From positions 1,054,001 through 1,118,000 of the forward strand of contig NW_027191453.1 in NCBI RefSeq assembly GCF_011745625.1: a stretch of DNA of 64,000 nt, written 5' to 3'. Of this stretch, positions 60,601-64,000 are shown in pieces; the stretch's first letter is position 1; each line of letters opens with the position of its first letter. Made by a program: the position numbers and the translations under genes. Source of the DNA: Cladosporium halotolerans. Its lineage: Eukaryota. The notes below the pieces were generated by a model, which worked only from the letters and a program-made list of their open reading frames with translations, was not told where the DNA came from and made no database searches.

Positions 60601-62400
60601 CTACCTCGTGCCGAAAGAAGCCCTCCTGATGTCGGCGGAAGCTCTACGCTCGGGGTCGACGGGCGCGGGCGGGCCGTGGTAGGTCTTGCGGCCGCGAATG
60701 GCGTACCAGACGCCGGCGAAGACGACGCCGGCGACGAAGACGACGGAGGCGTAGTTCATGTTCTCGAGCGTGACGGGGATGGCGGCCGGCATAGAGAAGA
60801 GGGGGATGGCGAGCATGATCCAGGCTGGGAGGAGGGGTTAGTTTGGGGAGCGTTTGGTTGAGTGAGATCCGACAATGACTTACCACATGAGATGACGTTG
60901 GCGATGATACCGCCGACGTGGCCGAGATTGAAGGGGGAGCCAACGAGATCCTTGCGGCCGCGGAAGAGCGAGATGCCGATGGGCATGACGTAGCTGAGGT
61001 TGAGGAAGATGACACCGACACCGTTGAAGGCGTTGTAGGCTGCGTGGGAACCGAACCAAATCAGACCGAGGAGAACCTGAACGACAAAGCTGCAGATCAT
61101 GCCGTTGAGAGGGATGCCGAGAGGGCGGTTGACCTTCTTGAGCCACTTGGAGCCGGGCATGGCCTCATCACGAGCGAAAGCCCAGACGCAGCGGGAGGTA
61201 GCAGTGGTGCAAGCGGTACCACAGCAGATACCGAGCAGGACGATGGGCATGGAGAGGACGAATGCACCAGGAGCGTTGCCGACAGCAGTGCGAAGGATGA
61301 CGGGCACAGGCTGGGCGTAGGGGTCGTTCAGGAAAGCGTTGATGTCCGGGAGGACGAAGCACAAGGGGACCAGGAAGACGAAGCCGATGATGAAGTTCAT
61401 GATGGTGGCGCCAACCATGGCCTTGGGGACCTGAGTAGCCGGGCTCTTAACCTCTTCGGACATACTTTGGAGGTGTTAGCCAGGAGTCCGTTAAAATTTG
61501 AGGTTACGACTTCAACTTACGAGATGACCATACCGGTGGCAGACGTGGCGTAGGCAGCGTGCAGCAGACCGACGACGAAAGACCAGCCGGGAATCCAACC
61601 AGAGTTCGGCTCGAAAGCAGTGAAGACGTATTTGGCACTGCGGCGGCCCTCAGCGGCAACGGCCAGGACCGTGCAAATGATGGCGACGACACCAACAAAG
61701 GTGAGGTACATGGTGGCAGTCTGCGAATGTTAATAAGATTGTGTCACGCTTAGCGCGGATAGGCAATACATACGTCCAGCAGTGGGAGCCACCTGTTGCC
61801 CAGAGCAGAGATCAGGTTGGTCAGGATGGTGATGGCAAAGAAGATAAGGTAGGTCTGGTAGTCGACAGCGTTGAAGATGCCAGTCTCACCACCCTCTCCA
61901 TCAGAGACACGGAAGATGTTAATGCAGCCAATGAAGAAGAGAGTGGTACCGAAGTTGACGGCCAGGGTGATGGTGATGTTGCCGAGGAGGTAAGACCAGC
62001 CGCAGATCCAGGCGAGCACGCGGCGGTACTTGGGGGGAGATACCATGAAGGTCTGGTAGTAGACACCACCTGCGGTAGGGTAGACCGAAGTGATCTCACC
62101 AAGAGAAGCTGCGACAGCAATCATGATGGCACACACGGCGACCCAACCCCAGATGATGTTGGTGGGACCACCGCCATACAGAGGGTATACCAGGGTGGTA
62201 GCCAGACCGTAGGGGACCGAGGCGAGCACGCAGGACATGAAGGCAACCTGCCATGTCGAACGGGAACGCGCGAGCTCCGACTCGTAACCGAGATCGGCAA
62301 GGTGGTCCTCGGCGGAGTTGGGCCTGGGCGAGGACGAGGCGGTCAGGTCCTCGCCGAAGCCGACCTCCTTCTTGGACATACGTCTATGGTCGACAGACAT
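60601..62400 (-). CDS. APC-family amino acid permease (GABA/choline, Uga4/Hnm1-like)
   Basis: LGYESELARSRST, YGGGPTNIIWGW, SLGEITSVYPTAGGVY, MSEEVKSP..QVPKAM, SRCVWAFARD and MNYASVV motifs; three introns (~61720-61774, 61465-61520, 60824-60883). Confidence 0.93.
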
Positions 62401-62705
62401 GATGCAGTGTGGTGCGGTCGCGAGCGTCGTCCGTGGTTCCGGGGAGGTGCAAGGGGAGTTGCGGTCCGGGAGGATGTCCGGGGCAGGCGCGAGGGCGGAT
62501 CCGGGCAAGCTGCAAATGGAAGGCTGTCTACAACAATATTAATGCTGCAATGGCGAGTCCGGGCAAGTCGCTAGGGTGAGTCCGGTAGGGCGCGTTGGTG
62601 GGGCGGCAGCTAAGGTCGGCGACGGCAGATAGGCGCTTGGGGAGGGGGGAGGTCGCGCGGGGAGGCAGTGGTGCTTTGGGAAGGTGCCCTCGTGTCGTGG
62701 GGGTT

Positions 62706-62732
62706 GCGAGGCGCGAGGCGCGAGGCGCGAGG
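62706..62732 (+). repeat. (GCGAGGC)~4 tandem repeat upstream of the permease
   Basis: gcgaggcgcgaggcgcgaggcgcgagg seen directly. Confidence 0.7.
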
Positions 62733-63666
62733 GAGGAGGGGTTGCTCTGGACGGGACAGCTGCTTCTGGGCCGCGAGAGCAGGCGTGATCTGCGGGCTGC
62801 GCGGCGGAAGACAGTGAGGGTCACTAGCCACGAGGAGTGGAAGCGGGCGCAGAGGTTGGGGGAAAGAGAGCTTGTTTTGGCGATGCGAGTGAGGTGAGGA
62901 GGAAACGAAGGATCTGCGAGCGCGAGGTAGGTCGAACTTATTATGGCGCGCAGCGGGCGAGGGTGGTGTGGGCGGCGGTGGCTCCAGGACTCGGGTGGGT
63001 TGAGCGCAGGCATTCAGCATTCAGAGCCCTCACGGCGGCAGACGCTAAGAAGCACGCTAGAAGCAGACGACGGGCGTCAGCGGGGCGAGGCACGGCCAGG
63101 CGCGTGAAGGCCACGGACGGCCAAAACTCTGCTCAGCGAATAACGGCGGCGACGGCGGGCGCGCGGTGGGTGCGAGGGTAAAGTCATCCCGAGCCCACGC
63201 TGAGCCGACGCTGGGCCAACGTCCTCGGGGCACGGCGTTTTTGTGGTCAGCAGCGCCAGCCAGCAGCGCCTAGCGTCGCGCATTACATCGCGTGCTCCGC
63301 CTAGAGATTATTGGAGGGCCACAGTCGACGCCGGGCTTGGGCTGATGGTGTCGCCACCGCCCTCACCCGGCCATGCGCACCGCGGCTGGCGCTGCTGGCG
63401 AGAGTTTGCGGCGCTGTGGTCCCACGAGGGACGGGAGCGCCCGCGCCAAGCATCCTTGGATATCTCGCAGGAGCAAGCGCAAGCGGCAGGGCGTGGCGTG
63501 GGCGAGGCGTCGCGGCGGAGATTAGGCGAAACCGGCGTCGTCCGCCAACTTCACACGGTGCGGCCACCGTCGACACTTATCGCGATCCTGTATCATGTGA
63601 CCCAGACAGGAAGGCCTTTCCCTCCCCTACACATAGCCTTGCTCGACTCCCGCCGGACACAGCAGC

Positions 63667-64000
63667 ATGTCCGACACCGAGGATTCGCGCGCTGCCTCCC
63701 TGGGGCGCAAGCGACGCCAGAACGCCGATGTCCTGCAGTCTGCACGTGACGCCGAGAAGCGGCGCAAGCTGGACCACGGCGCAAACTTCGTCGCCCTCGA
63801 CAGCGACGACAACAGCGAGACCGTCAGCGAGGACCGCGAGAGCGGCGAGGTGAGCAGCGCTGCACACAGCCCTCGCGCTGCAGCGGCCGGCGAAAAGCCT
63901 GCAGTGCCCGCCGCCCAGCGAAACACTTCACCCCCTGCCCTCGGACATGCTGAGCATCCTTCGCGCGACGCTGGCCCGAGCACAAGCCGCCTGGAGATCG
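63667..64000 (+). CDS. 5' part of a probable nuclear protein, runs off the window (possibly Air1/2-like zinc-knuckle protein; unverified)
   Basis: Open frame MSDTEDSRAASLGRKRRQNADVLQSARDAEKRRKLDHGANFVALDSDD..ESGEV with basic NLS-like clusters and no stop before the window end. Confidence 0.6.
   Translation, partial: MSDTEDSRAASLGRKRRQNADVLQSARDAEKRRKLDHGANFVALDSDDNSETVSEDRESGEVSSAAHSPRAAAAGEKPAVPAAQRNTSPPALGHAEHPSRDAGPSTSRLEI

Overview
Gene-dense, intron-containing DNA from a filamentous ascomycete (GT-AG introns with CTRAC branch points; probably a Dothideomycete-type draft scaffold with one 10-N gap). It holds about 30 protein genes, mostly conserved housekeeping: AP-2 beta adaptin, EMC4, complex I 29.9 kDa subunit, Eps1-like PDI, FOL1, nitronate monooxygenase, eIF3g, Cuz1, a sugar porter, Sho1, catalase, SLC1, mitoribosomal mS45, alpha-carbonic anhydrase, Spc98/GCP3, Ups1, proteasome alpha1, an Atf1/AtfA bZIP and an amino-acid permease. 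There is one intron-containing tRNA-Gly(TCC). No transposon or CRISPR was seen. The best signals outside the ORF track are: (1) a double-guide box C/D snoRNA inside the mS45 intron, with two antisense elements matching LSU rRNA; (2) a second, weaker C/D-like RNA inside an apparent intron of an unannotated host transcript whose branch point lies in a (TAACCC)3 repeat; (3) an intronless SDR resembling bacterial XylB-type sugar dehydrogenases; (4) a frameshifted secreted-protein gene; (5) a 27-aa tandem repeat in a large, probably mitochondrial protein; (6) a recurring C-rich to G-rich switch inside genes. Family assignments come from recalled motifs, not database searches. Exon boundaries were read by eye.
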